Positions 47,594-56,365 of a DNA stretch of 64,000 nucleotides are shown in pieces (position 1 is the first letter of the stretch; each line of letters starts with the position of its first letter). This stretch comes from Myxococcota bacterium (GTDB taxonomy: Bacteria > Myxococcota_A > UBA9160 > UBA4427): NCBI GenBank assembly GCA_965250285.1, contig OZ252299.1:2720001-2784000 (forward strand), read 5' to 3'. The notes under the pieces were generated by a model. It was not told where the DNA came from and ran no database searches. It was given only the letters and a program-made list of their open reading frames with translations. Position numbers and translations under genes: made by a program.

Positions 47594-48391
47594 TTGCGCC
47601 ATTCGATCGCCACCGCTGCTCTCGCCTGCTTCTTCTTCCTGTCGCCCAGCGCTTCGGCCGCCATCATCGTCGGTACCACCGACAACTTCTCGTCGAGCTC
47701 GAACGACCCGGATGTCTACGTTCTCGATGATGCGGGCGGCTTCGAGTCTTACTTCTTCTCGCCCTTTCGCATCGGCGATCTCACATGGTCGGCCCGAGAG
47801 TCGCTGTTGGTCGGGCACGAAAGCACGGGCACGATCGCCGAAGTCGATACGACGGGCGGATTGATCAACTTGTTCTACACGCCGGCGGACGGCATCAGCG
47901 GGCTCGCACAAGGCTCGGACGGCCGGCTGTACGTCTCGGAAGACAACTCGAACCGGCTCTTCACCCTCGACCAGGCTGGCAACGTCGAAGACATCACGTT
48001 CATGCCGACGACGATCACCGCGCTCGACATCACGCTGGACGGCGAGCTCGTATTCGTCCGTTCAACCGGCACGTCGTCCTTCGATCCGAAGGAGGTCGTC
48101 TTCTGGGATCCCGACCTGGGCGAGATCAGCAGCTTCAGCATCGACCTTCGATACACATTCGGCATCGCGGTTCAGGACGAGACGATCATGGTCATCGGCG
48201 GCTCGTCGAGTTCATCCAGCGCCACCCAGTTGATCAACACCTACTCGATGGACGGGACGGTGCTCGGGAGCGTGAACGGTCCTCGCAATGCACGCACGAT
48301 CACGGCCCATACGCCCGAACCGGGGACGGCGCTTCTCATCGGCGCGGGCCTGGTCGGCCTCGGCCTTCGCGGCCGCCGAAGCGGCGCCTGA
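47594..48391 (+). CDS. Secreted PEP-CTERM protein with beta-propeller-like repeats
   Basis: Signal peptide ending SASA; C-terminal TPEPGTALLIGAGLVGLGLRGRR; TTG start behind AGGGG (ATG at 47543 also possible). Confidence 0.85.
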   Translation: MRHSIATAALACFFFLSPSASAAIIVGTTDNFSSSSNDPDVYVLDDAGGFESYFFSPFRIGDLTWSARESLLVGHESTGTIAEVDTTGGLINLFYTPADGISGLAQGSDGRLYVSEDNSNRLFTLDQAGNVEDITFMPTTITALDITLDGELVFVRSTGTSSFDPKEVVFWDPDLGEISSFSIDLRYTFGIAVQDETIMVIGGSSSSSSATQLINTYSMDGTVLGSVNGPRNARTITAHTPEPGTALLIGAGLVGLGLRGRRSGA

Positions 48392-48455
48392 CCGACCCCC
48401 GCGCCGATCGGTCGCGGCGATCCATTGGGCAGCGGCTGCCCCGGCCCCGGGCGGG

Positions 48456-48578
48456 CCGGGGCAGCCCGACCCCTCCCCGATTCGCCCGAGGCCGGGGCAG
48501 CCCGACACCTGCCCGATCCGCCCGAAGCCAGGGCGGCCCGACCGCTCCCCGATCCGCCCGAGGCTGGGGCAGTCCGAC
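48456..48578. repeat. Degenerate 36-bp tandem repeat, about 3.4 copies
   Basis: Unit CCGGGGCAGCCCGACCCCTCCCCGATTCGCCCGAGG at 48456, 48492, 48528 and partial at 48564. Confidence 0.88.
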
Positions 48579-49123
48579 GCCGCGCCGATCACATCATCGG
48601 CGGCGCCGCGGCGATCCGAAGCGCAGCACTCGGGGGTGTTCGTTGCAGACCTCGGAGCCAGGGGCGCCCGCCGAGCCACCTCCGAACGGGCCTGCCAGAA
48701 CTGTGACGCACACTACGCACCGGCCGCTTGGACCTGCCGAATCAGTCCGGGTCGGAGGCGGCTCGAGAGATTTCCGCGGCATCCCCCTTGCCCGACGGGG
48801 GGGACGGCCGCTACAACGAAGTCGAACAGCCCCCCGAACAACCGCCTCGAGCGTCGCGTGCGTGACCCGCGCCGCGGTCGAGGCTCGATCTGGCGAAACG
48901 CGACGAAAGTCGCGGGTCGACCGCCGATTTCGGCAGTCGCCCGTCCGACTTCGTCGCCGATCGTCGGCGAACCGAGGGGCGATCGAACGCATCGACAGAC
49001 CAGGTCCCGCGACGCGTGCCCGAACCTCGTATTGGCGAGCCGGATTCAGCCACAGCGTCGCGCCGGACTAAAGTGCCAGCCGATTCGTTCGAAAGAAGGA
49101 AGGTGGACCGCGCGACCCGCCGG

Positions 49124-49309
49124 ATGAACTCGGGCGCGCAGGATCCAGAGAAATCGTGGGGGGAGGAGCCCAGCGCGGCTCCCGACATGCTGGGACCGGA
49201 AACGGTTCGGGGGGATCGAAAGTTGACACGCGCACTGCGAAGCCATCAGCTCTGGCTCTCGCTCACGTATGTGGGCCTGCTCGTTCTGATGGCGCGCGCC
49301 TACCTGTAG
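49124..49309 (+). CDS. Possible small protein (61 aa) with a C-terminal hydrophobic helix
   Basis: ORF ends LWLSLTYVGLLVLMARAYL; purine-rich GAAAGAAGGAAGG upstream; no recognisable family. Confidence 0.3.
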   Translation: MNSGAQDPEKSWGEEPSAAPDMLGPETVRGDRKLTRALRSHQLWLSLTYVGLLVLMARAYL

Positions 49310-49483
49310 GCGCCGAGGCACCGGCCGCACACGCTCGATGAGCATCCAGCGTGGCGCGGCGGCAGCGGCGGGCATCGACCTGCCGATGCAGCGACGCCGG
49401 CGAGCCCGAAGGCCGCCGGCGTCGGAGCGGCCCTTCGAGGACCGCAGGGCCCGGGCGAGTCGCCGCGGGCCTCGGCCGCACGA

Positions 49484-49927
49484 TCAGGCCGGCAGCGCCT
49501 CGACGAGGCCCTGAATTTCACCCGCATTGAAGAAGTACGAGATCTCGAGACGCGCCGTCTCGGGGGCGTCGCTCCCGTGCGATGCGTTCTGCTCGATGTC
49601 GGTGCCGAAGTCGCCCCGGATCGAGCCCTCGGGCGCCTCATTCGAGTTGGTCGGGCCCATCAGGTCACGCCAACGCTTGATCGCGCCCTCGCCCTCGAGA
49701 ACCATCGCGACGATCGGGCCCGAGGTCATGAATTTCACGAGCTCGCCGAAGAACGGGCGCTCCTTGTGGACCGCGTAGAAGCCCTGCGCCATCTCGGCGT
49801 CGAGGTGCATGCGCTTCATCGCGACGATGTCGAGGCCGCTCTCTTCGATGCGGCTGATGATCTTGCCGGCCACCTTCTTGGCGACGGCGTCGGGCTTGAT
49901 GATGGCGAAGGTCCGTTCCACGGCCAT
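49484..49927 (-). CDS. ndk: Nucleoside diphosphate kinase
   Basis: [46 protein letters not shown]. Confidence 0.97.
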   Translation of the reverse strand: MAVERTFAIIKPDAVAKKVAGKIISRIEESGLDIVAMKRMHLDAEMAQGFYAVHKERPFFGELVKFMTSGPIVAMVLEGEGAIKRWRDLMGPTNSNEAPEGSIRGDFGTDIEQNASHGSDAPETARLEISYFFNAGEIQGLVEALPA

Positions 49928-50168
49928 GGCCATGACTCCTCTCTCGATGGCTGAGCCCGGCTCATCCAGTAGCCGGGGCGTTCCTCGGGCAGCCCGGCGA
50001 GCCGGCCGCTGCGTCGAATCGGTGGTTGTGGGTGCGCCGCAGCCGCTCTCGGGGCGCGCGGCGGCCGGAAAGTAGCGGATCGGCGGGGTCCCGCCGCGCG
50101 AATCCGGCCGGGATACGGCGCCCTTTCGCTGCACCCCGCGGTTCGGGTCACGCGCGAGCGAATGGGGT

Positions 50169-51146
50169 TCAGACCTCGAGGACCAGCTTCCCGAAGTGGG
50201 TGCTCGCCTTCATGATCCGGTGCGCCTCGGGCGCGTCGGCGAGGGGGAGCACGCGGTCGATCACCGGCTGGATCCGCCCGGCGGCGAGGTCTTCGCCGAA
50301 GCGGGCCTCGAAGGCATCGACGAGCGCTGCCTTCTCTTCGGCCGGGCGCGCACGCAGGGTCGAGCCGATCACCTGCAGCCGCTTCGTCAGCAGCAGCCCG
50401 AGCGGCATCTCGGCCTTGGCGCCGCCCATCAGGCCGATGATCACGAGCCGACCACCGACCGCGAGCGCCGCGAGATTGCCGGCGAGATACGGCCCCCCGA
50501 TGCTGTCGAGCACGACGTCGACGCCGCGCCCCTCGGTCGCCTTCTGCGCTTCGGCCGTGAAGTCGCCGTCGCGGTAGTTCACCGCGAGGTCGGCGCCGAG
50601 ATCGAGACAGCGCTGGCACTTCTCGTCGCTGCCCGCGGTCACGATCACCCGGGCCCCCGCCGCCTTGGCCATCTGGATCGCCGCGGTGCCGATGCCACTG
50701 CCGCCACCGTGCACGAGGAGCGTGCCGCCGGCTTCGAGCCCGCCCAGCTGGAACACGTTGAGGAAGACGGTGAGCAGCACCTCGGGCAGGCCAGCGGCGT
50801 GAACGAGATCGACACCGTCCGGGACCGTCATCAGGCTGCCGGCGTCGACGACGACCTGCTCGGCGTATCCGCCGCCGGCGAGCAGCGCCATCCCCCGGTC
50901 GCCGACGGAGACACCAGACACACCCGCGCCGACTTCGGCCACCGTTCCCGCGCACTCGAGGCCCAGGACTTCGGAGGCGCCGGGCGGCGGCGGATACAGA
51001 CCCTGCCGTTGAAGGAGATCGGCCCGGTTGACCCCGGCGGCCGCGACGGCGATGCGCACCTGGCCCGGGCCGAGAATGGGGGCTTCGGCGTCGCCGAGGC
51101 GCATGCACGACTCGTCGCCCGGTTCATCGATGAGAATGGCCTTCAT
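50169..51146 (-). CDS. NAD(P)H-quinone oxidoreductase, PIG3 family (MDR)
   Basis: [51 protein letters not shown]. Confidence 0.92.
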   Translation of the reverse strand: MKAILIDEPGDESCMRLGDAEAPILGPGQVRIAVAAAGVNRADLLQRQGLYPPPPGASEVLGLECAGTVAEVGAGVSGVSVGDRGMALLAGGGYAEQVVVDAGSLMTVPDGVDLVHAAGLPEVLLTVFLNVFQLGGLEAGGTLLVHGGGSGIGTAAIQMAKAAGARVIVTAGSDEKCQRCLDLGADLAVNYRDGDFTAEAQKATEGRGVDVVLDSIGGPYLAGNLAALAVGGRLVIIGLMGGAKAEMPLGLLLTKRLQVIGSTLRARPAEEKAALVDAFEARFGEDLAAGRIQPVIDRVLPLADAPEAHRIMKASTHFGKLVLEV

Positions 51147-51288
51147 GGCCGCGGAACCTAGCAGGCCGAGGCCGCGACAGGGCTGCGAAACGCAGAGGCC
51201 CCGCCCGCCCCATCAGCGCGTGGTGCGCGATGGGGTGAGCGGGGCCGGTATTCGCGGCTCGCTCGGAGCGAGGGCTCGGTCGACCCCC

Positions 51289-52470
51289 CTACGAGAGATC
51301 GGCGCGCGAGTAGTCGAGCAGACCGCGCGCGATGATCAGGCGCTGGATCTCGCCCGTGCCCTCGTAGATGTCGGTGATGCGGCAATCGCGCGCCCACTTC
51401 TCGAGCAGGTGGTCGCGGCTGATGCCCATCGGGCCGAGCAGGTCGATGCAGCCCTGGGTCACCTCACGCACGGTGTTGCCCGCGTGCGCCTTGCACACCG
51501 ACGACTCCATGTTGTTCGGCTGGCCCTGCCCCGCGAGCCACACACACTGCAGGGTCACGATCTTGCTCGCCTCGTACTGGGCCTCGAGCTCGATGAAGCG
51601 CTCGACCGCCGCCGGCTGCGTGCCCGCACCCGCCGTGTAGTCGATCTCGAAGCCAGCGGCCTCGAGCTGCTCGCGCGTGAAGTCGAGGGCCGCCTCGACG
51701 ACGCCGAGACCCATGGCCGCCGTCATCGGGCGGGTCATGTTGAAGGTCTTCATGACGCCGCGGAAGCCGCCCGAGCCCTTCCCCTTCGGAATCGTCTCAT
51801 CGCCACCCAGCAGGTTCTCGCGCGGGATGCGGCAGTCGTTGAACACGTAGGCCGCCGTGTCGTCCGCGCGGATGCCGAGCTTCTTCTCCTTGCCGGGCAC
51901 CTCGAAGCCGGGTGCGCCCTTCTCGATGAGGAAGCTCTTGATCCCGGCGCGGCCCGCGTCGAGGTCGAGCGACGCCCAGCACACGACGCCGTCGGCGCGG
52001 ATGCCGGTCGTGACGAAGATCTTCTCGCCGTTCAGCACCCACTCGTTCGTCTCTTCGTCGAGCACCGCCGTGGTCTGCACTCGCGACGGATCCGAGCCGC
52101 AACCGGGCTCGGTGATCGCCATGGAGAGCACGAGGTGGCCCCACTTCTCCTTCTGCTCCTCGGTCCCGGCGGCGGCGAGGGCCGCGTTGCCGAGGCCACC
52201 TCCGGTGCGGTTCTTGAGGCGCACCGCGTAGTCGCCCCAGTACGAGGCGATGGTGTTGAGGGTCATCATCACGGGGCCGGTGGTGTCGGTCGCGATGTCG
52301 ACCTCGGGCACCGGCGGCGGCACGAAGTCAGCGGCCTCGGGCAGCTCGTCGGGGGCCTGCTCCGACTCGTGCTCGTCGTAGTAGCGCGCGTACTTGCGCA
52401 CGATGCGGCCCTCGGCGTAGGTCTTCTCCAGCGCCGCCTTGTCTCGTTCGGTCAGTCGAAAATCGATCAT
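51289..52470 (-). CDS. Acyl-CoA dehydrogenase (FadE23-like subunit)
   Basis: MAITEPGCGSD, LNGEKIFVT, KLGIRADDTA, DIYEGTGEIQ. Confidence 0.92.
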   Translation of the reverse strand: MIDFRLTERDKAALEKTYAEGRIVRKYARYYDEHESEQAPDELPEAADFVPPPVPEVDIATDTTGPVMMTLNTIASYWGDYAVRLKNRTGGGLGNAALAAAGTEEQKEKWGHLVLSMAITEPGCGSDPSRVQTTAVLDEETNEWVLNGEKIFVTTGIRADGVVCWASLDLDAGRAGIKSFLIEKGAPGFEVPGKEKKLGIRADDTAAYVFNDCRIPRENLLGGDETIPKGKGSGGFRGVMKTFNMTRPMTAAMGLGVVEAALDFTREQLEAAGFEIDYTAGAGTQPAAVERFIELEAQYEASKIVTLQCVWLAGQGQPNNMESSVCKAHAGNTVREVTQGCIDLLGPMGISRDHLLEKWARDCRITDIYEGTGEIQRLIIARGLLDYSRADLS

Positions 52471-52530
52471 GTCGTGTCGTTCCTTCGGTCGCGTGCGCGT
52501 CGGCACGCGTGCGTGTGTGAGGGTCGGGGC

Positions 52531-53625
52531 CTAGAGGCCGAGGGCGCCTTCGAGCACCGACAGAGTCTTGGCGTGGCGGAACCACATCTCGACCGGGTAC
52601 TCGCGGATGTAGCCGTGACCGCCGAAGACCTGGATGCCGTTGTCGGCGATCCACGAGGCGTGCTTCGCCACGTAGGTCTTCGCGAGTCGCGCCTCGCGGA
52701 CCGCGGGCTGACCGTGCTCGAGCAGGCTGGCCGCCTGCCAGGTGAGGTACCGCATGCTCTCGACCGCGATGTGCATGTCGGACAGGCGGAAGGCGATCGA
52801 CTGCTTCTTCGCGATCGGCTCGTCGAAGGCCACGCGCTCCTTCGTGTAGGGCACGCAGAACTCGAGCACCGCCCGCGAGAGGCCAACCTGCACGGCGCAG
52901 AGGGCCGCCCGGCTGTTGCTGATGATCGCGGCGACGTCGGCGCCGTTCTCACCACCGAGGCGATCTCCGGCCGCGACCTCGACTCGCTCGAGCTCGATCG
53001 TCACGGTCGACAGGGCGCGCAGACCCATGTTGTTCTCGCGCTCGCCGATGTTCAGGCCGGGTGCGTCCTTCGCCACGATGAAGGCGTCGAGATCGTCGCC
53101 GTTGCGCGCCGTCACGAGGAAGTGACTCGCGGTGTCGCCCATGACGACGAAGCTCTTCGAGCCCGAGAGCACGAAGCCGTCGCCCTTGGGCTCGGCGATC
53201 GTGCGGGGGCGGAAGGGATCCGACAGCGGGCCCGGCTCGATGATGGCCACGGATGCGGCGTGGTACTTCTCGGTGCAGAACAGCGGCAGGTACTGCTTCT
53301 TCTGCTCCTCGGTGCCGTGATCGACGATGGCGTTCGCGAACTGGCTCGGTGCAACGGCCGCGATGGCCAGCGCCGGGTCGCCGTGGGCGAGCTCCTCGAG
53401 CAGGATCGCGTTGGTCACCGGGGAGCGCTCCTCGCCAGCGCCGCCGTAGGCCTCGGGAATCTGGGTCGACGTGAGGCCGAGATCCCAGCAGCCCTGCAGG
53501 AAGTCGGCGGGGATCTCACTCTTCTCGTCGCAGTCGCGCCCGATCGAGCGCAGCTGGTCAGCCGCGAACTCGCGCATGGTGTCGCGCACGAGCTCCTGGT
53601 CTTCAGTCATGCCAAAGGAAATCAC
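52531..53625 (-). CDS. Acyl-CoA dehydrogenase (FadE24-like partner subunit)
   Basis: EELAHGD, LSGSKSFV, ERVAFDEPIAKKQSIAF, QVFGGHGYIREYPVEMWFR. Confidence 0.9.
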   Translation of the reverse strand: MISFGMTEDQELVRDTMREFAADQLRSIGRDCDEKSEIPADFLQGCWDLGLTSTQIPEAYGGAGEERSPVTNAILLEELAHGDPALAIAAVAPSQFANAIVDHGTEEQKKQYLPLFCTEKYHAASVAIIEPGPLSDPFRPRTIAEPKGDGFVLSGSKSFVVMGDTASHFLVTARNGDDLDAFIVAKDAPGLNIGERENNMGLRALSTVTIELERVEVAAGDRLGGENGADVAAIISNSRAALCAVQVGLSRAVLEFCVPYTKERVAFDEPIAKKQSIAFRLSDMHIAVESMRYLTWQAASLLEHGQPAVREARLAKTYVAKHASWIADNGIQVFGGHGYIREYPVEMWFRHAKTLSVLEGALGL

Positions 53626-53693
53626 GGGTGGTTCTCCTCGTTCGTCCGGCCCGGGACAGGTGCCGGCGCTGGGGCTTCGAAATCAATTCGAGA

Positions 53694-54431
53694 TCAAGGG
53701 GACGATTCGTCCGTCGAGTCGTCGCGAGCGATCTGGTGGAAGTACTCGTGCATCGCGGGGGCCGATCCATCCTTGGTCAGCAGGCCGCGCTTGTGCATGT
53801 CGCGGGCGTCGGCGAGGCCGAGGGCCACGGCGCACCACACCTTGGCGTCGGCCGTGTACCGCACGTCGGCGTTGGTCGCGAAATCGGGGTGAACCTCGCA
53901 GTGCCCGTTCTCGATGGCGACGGTCCAGACGCCGCCGCCCTCCCCCGTCAACCGGATCTCGAACGTGACGGCGTCGTCCGCCTTCTCGTCACGGAGCAGG
54001 AAGGGCAAGGATTCGAGGATCGACTGCGGCGAGGTCTCGGTGAAGGTGTTCGCGTCGACCTCGAGATCGCGCAGGCCGTCGCGCACCCACCACCGCGCGA
54101 TCGACGAGATGATCGGCTCGAGGGATCGCCCGCGTTCGGTGACCGAGTAGAGCGACCGCGTGCCCTGCTGCACCTGCTCGACGAAGCCGTCGCTGGTGAG
54201 CTGGCGAAGTCGGCTCGAGAGCACGCGGGGGGCGATGCCCGTGCGCTGGCGCAGCTCCTGGAAGCCGCGCGGTGCGATCAGCAGCTGGCGCACGAGCACC
54301 AGCGTCCAGCGATCGCCGATCACCTCGAGCGCCCGCGCGACCGGATCGAAGATCTTGGCCGGCTCGGGGATCTCGCGGCGGCGGGGGGCGGCCGCTTCGG
54401 CGCCCTGGGTCGTGGATTCCACATCGGTCAC
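53694..54431 (-). CDS. HxlR-family winged-helix regulator with a C-terminal SCP2 (sterol carrier) domain
   Basis: ARALEVIGDRWTLVLVRQL...VLSSRLRQL...YSVTERGRSL; C-terminal FEIRLTGEGGGVWTVAIENGHCEV. Confidence 0.85.
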   Translation of the reverse strand: MTDVESTTQGAEAAAPRRREIPEPAKIFDPVARALEVIGDRWTLVLVRQLLIAPRGFQELRQRTGIAPRVLSSRLRQLTSDGFVEQVQQGTRSLYSVTERGRSLEPIISSIARWWVRDGLRDLEVDANTFTETSPQSILESLPFLLRDEKADDAVTFEIRLTGEGGGVWTVAIENGHCEVHPDFATNADVRYTADAKVWCAVALGLADARDMHKRGLLTKDGSAPAMHEYFHQIARDDSTDESSP

Positions 54432-54436
54432 GAAGA

Positions 54437-54467
54437 CAGTATCTAACAGATACTGATCTGGAGATCA
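54437..54467. promoter_or_regulatory. Palindromic operator(s) directly upstream of the HxlR-SCP2 gene
   Basis: CAGTATCT-AAC-AGATACTG (54437-54455) and overlapping TGATCT-GG-AGATCA (54454-54467). Confidence 0.65.
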
Positions 54468-54603
54468 AACCCGCACCCCCGGGCTATCCTCGACGACACT
54501 GCACGCGCTTTCCCCAGGGTATGCCTCACGCGGCGCCCCGGCCGGAGTGCGCCGCCATCGGCTCGGCATCCCCAGGGACCGAGCGCGCTACGATGCGGCC
54601 GTC

Positions 54604-55005
54604 GGAGGTGGACGGGAGATCGCCGGCGGGCAGGCATCGCCCGCGGGAGGAAAGTCCGGGCTCCACAGGGCAGGGAAGTCGGTAACACCGACCCGGGGCG
54701 ACCCGAGGGAAAGCGCAACAGAAATCACACCGCCTAAGCGGGGGGCGACCCTCGCCGGCAAGGGTGAAATCGTGGGGTAAGAGCCCACGCGCGACAGCCG
54801 GGTGACCGGCGGCGAGGCAAGCCCTTCCCGGAGCAAGCTCGAATAGGGGTGCGGTCGAGAGCGGCCCGCTCGAGGGATCACGGTCCCCGGCACCCGGGTG
54901 AGAGCGCTCGAGCGGCGCGGCAACGCGTCGCCTAGACGAATGATCTTCGCTCGCTCGTCCTCTCGAGGGCGGGCGAGGACAGAACCCGGCTTACAGTCCA
55001 CATCG
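54604..55005 (+). ncRNA. rnpB: RNase P RNA, bacterial type A
   Basis: GAGGAAAGTCCGGGCTCC, ACAGAAA, GGTAA loop and ACAGAACCCGGCTTA; terminal stem GTGGAC/GTCCAC; -10 TACGAT at 54589. Confidence 0.96.
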
Positions 55006-55116
55006 AAGCCTCGCTTCGATCCCCTGGGAAGAAGCTTCGGCCACGCCCGGGGCGCTCCGACGCTCTCGCGCCCTACCCGCGCGAGGCCCGGGGGCACCGA
55101 GACGCGCGGCGCCGCG

Positions 55117-56178
55117 CTACGCGAGGTCGACGCGCATGCAGATCAAGCGGTCGCGCCGCGCGCGCGGATAGCCATCCCACTTGGCCGTGGGGATCTCGTC
55201 TCCGGCGACCCGCCGAAACCCCGCGCGCTCGAAGAACGCCGCCACGCGGTCGCTCGTCGTGCAAGCGAACACGTAGCCGTAGCCTGCTTCGCGCGCGCGC
55301 CGCACGGCGAACGACACGATCTGCTGGCCGATGCCCTCGCCGAGATAGCGCGTCACGGTGTAGAGCGACGCAATCTCGGCGGCCGATGCTTCGGCGTGGG
55401 GCAAGAGCGACCCCACGCCCGCGAGATCGCGCCCCTCGACGAAGACGCCGATGCCGCCCGACAGCACGCGATCGAGCCCCGCTTCGTCGCGCTCGACGAG
55501 GTATCCCTCGGCCACACCGCGCGAAATCAGATCGCCCGCCGCGTCGAAGTCGTCGACCGAAAGCGCCCGCACCTCGACGTAGCGCTCGCGCGTGAACAGC
55601 GTGCCCGACCCCGCGTACGTGAACAGCTCGTCGTCGAGACCGGCGGCGCTGCAGAGGTTGATCGACGGGATCCCGCCCTCGAGCATCGACTCGATCTCGG
55701 CGAGGAGCCCGACGTCGGCCGGCGAGCCGGTGCCGACCTGGCGGTGACGCCGCAGCTCCTTGCGGTCGATGAACGAGATCGGAGCACCGACCTCGTCGCG
55801 CAGCCCGCCTTCGTCGCGCAGCCAGACCAGCTTCGTCAGCCCGAGCCGCAGCGCGGCGCTCTTGACCGCCGACTCGAATGCACCGCCCCCGAGCGCGAGC
55901 CCGGCCGCGCCGTCGATGCCGAGCTGGCGCCAGAGCTGCGCGGGCCAGGCGTCGACGTCGGCGGCGTCGAGGCTCGAGAGCCCGAGGCGACCGGCCGGAT
56001 CGGCGTCGGGCGACATCAGGATCACCCGCGTGCCGTTCTTGCGCAGGGCCTCGAAGACCGCGCCGAGCGGCGTGACCTCGAGCGTGCCCGCCGGCGCCAA
56101 CGCGAAGCCGAGGGTGCGACCGCGGAACTCGCTCAGATAGAAGCCGCGCTCGGTGATCGGAGAGGTCGGGACCGACAT
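55117..56178 (-). CDS. ArgA-like N-acetyltransferase (reduced amino-acid-kinase-like domain plus GNAT domain)
   Basis: YLSEFRGRT, ELFTYAGSGTLF, GYLVERD, AEIASLYTVTRYLGEGIG, FFERAGF. Confidence 0.75.
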   Translation of the reverse strand: MSVPTSPITERGFYLSEFRGRTLGFALAPAGTLEVTPLGAVFEALRKNGTRVILMSPDADPAGRLGLSSLDAADVDAWPAQLWRQLGIDGAAGLALGGGAFESAVKSAALRLGLTKLVWLRDEGGLRDEVGAPISFIDRKELRRHRQVGTGSPADVGLLAEIESMLEGGIPSINLCSAAGLDDELFTYAGSGTLFTRERYVEVRALSVDDFDAAGDLISRGVAEGYLVERDEAGLDRVLSGGIGVFVEGRDLAGVGSLLPHAEASAAEIASLYTVTRYLGEGIGQQIVSFAVRRAREAGYGYVFACTTSDRVAAFFERAGFRRVAGDEIPTAKWDGYPRARRDRLICMRVDLA

Positions 56179-56365
56179 GCGCAGGAGTTTTGCGTATCGC
56201 GCGCCCGCTCGACATGCGTGTGCGGGCCGGTGCCATCGCGATCCACCCCGCCCGTGCGTCCGCGACGCGACGGTGGCCGGGCCGCATCGAGCGGCCCGGG
56301 GTGGCCGGCTCCCGGCCGTTCGAACCGGTTGGGGGCGAGCGGGGGAACCTGTATCGTGCGCGCGC

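Noticed and set aside
48456..48578. Second 36-bp repeat as CRISPR or a REP cluster
   Set aside because: Head-to-tail degenerate copies without spacers, unrelated in sequence to the 11.3-kb repeat
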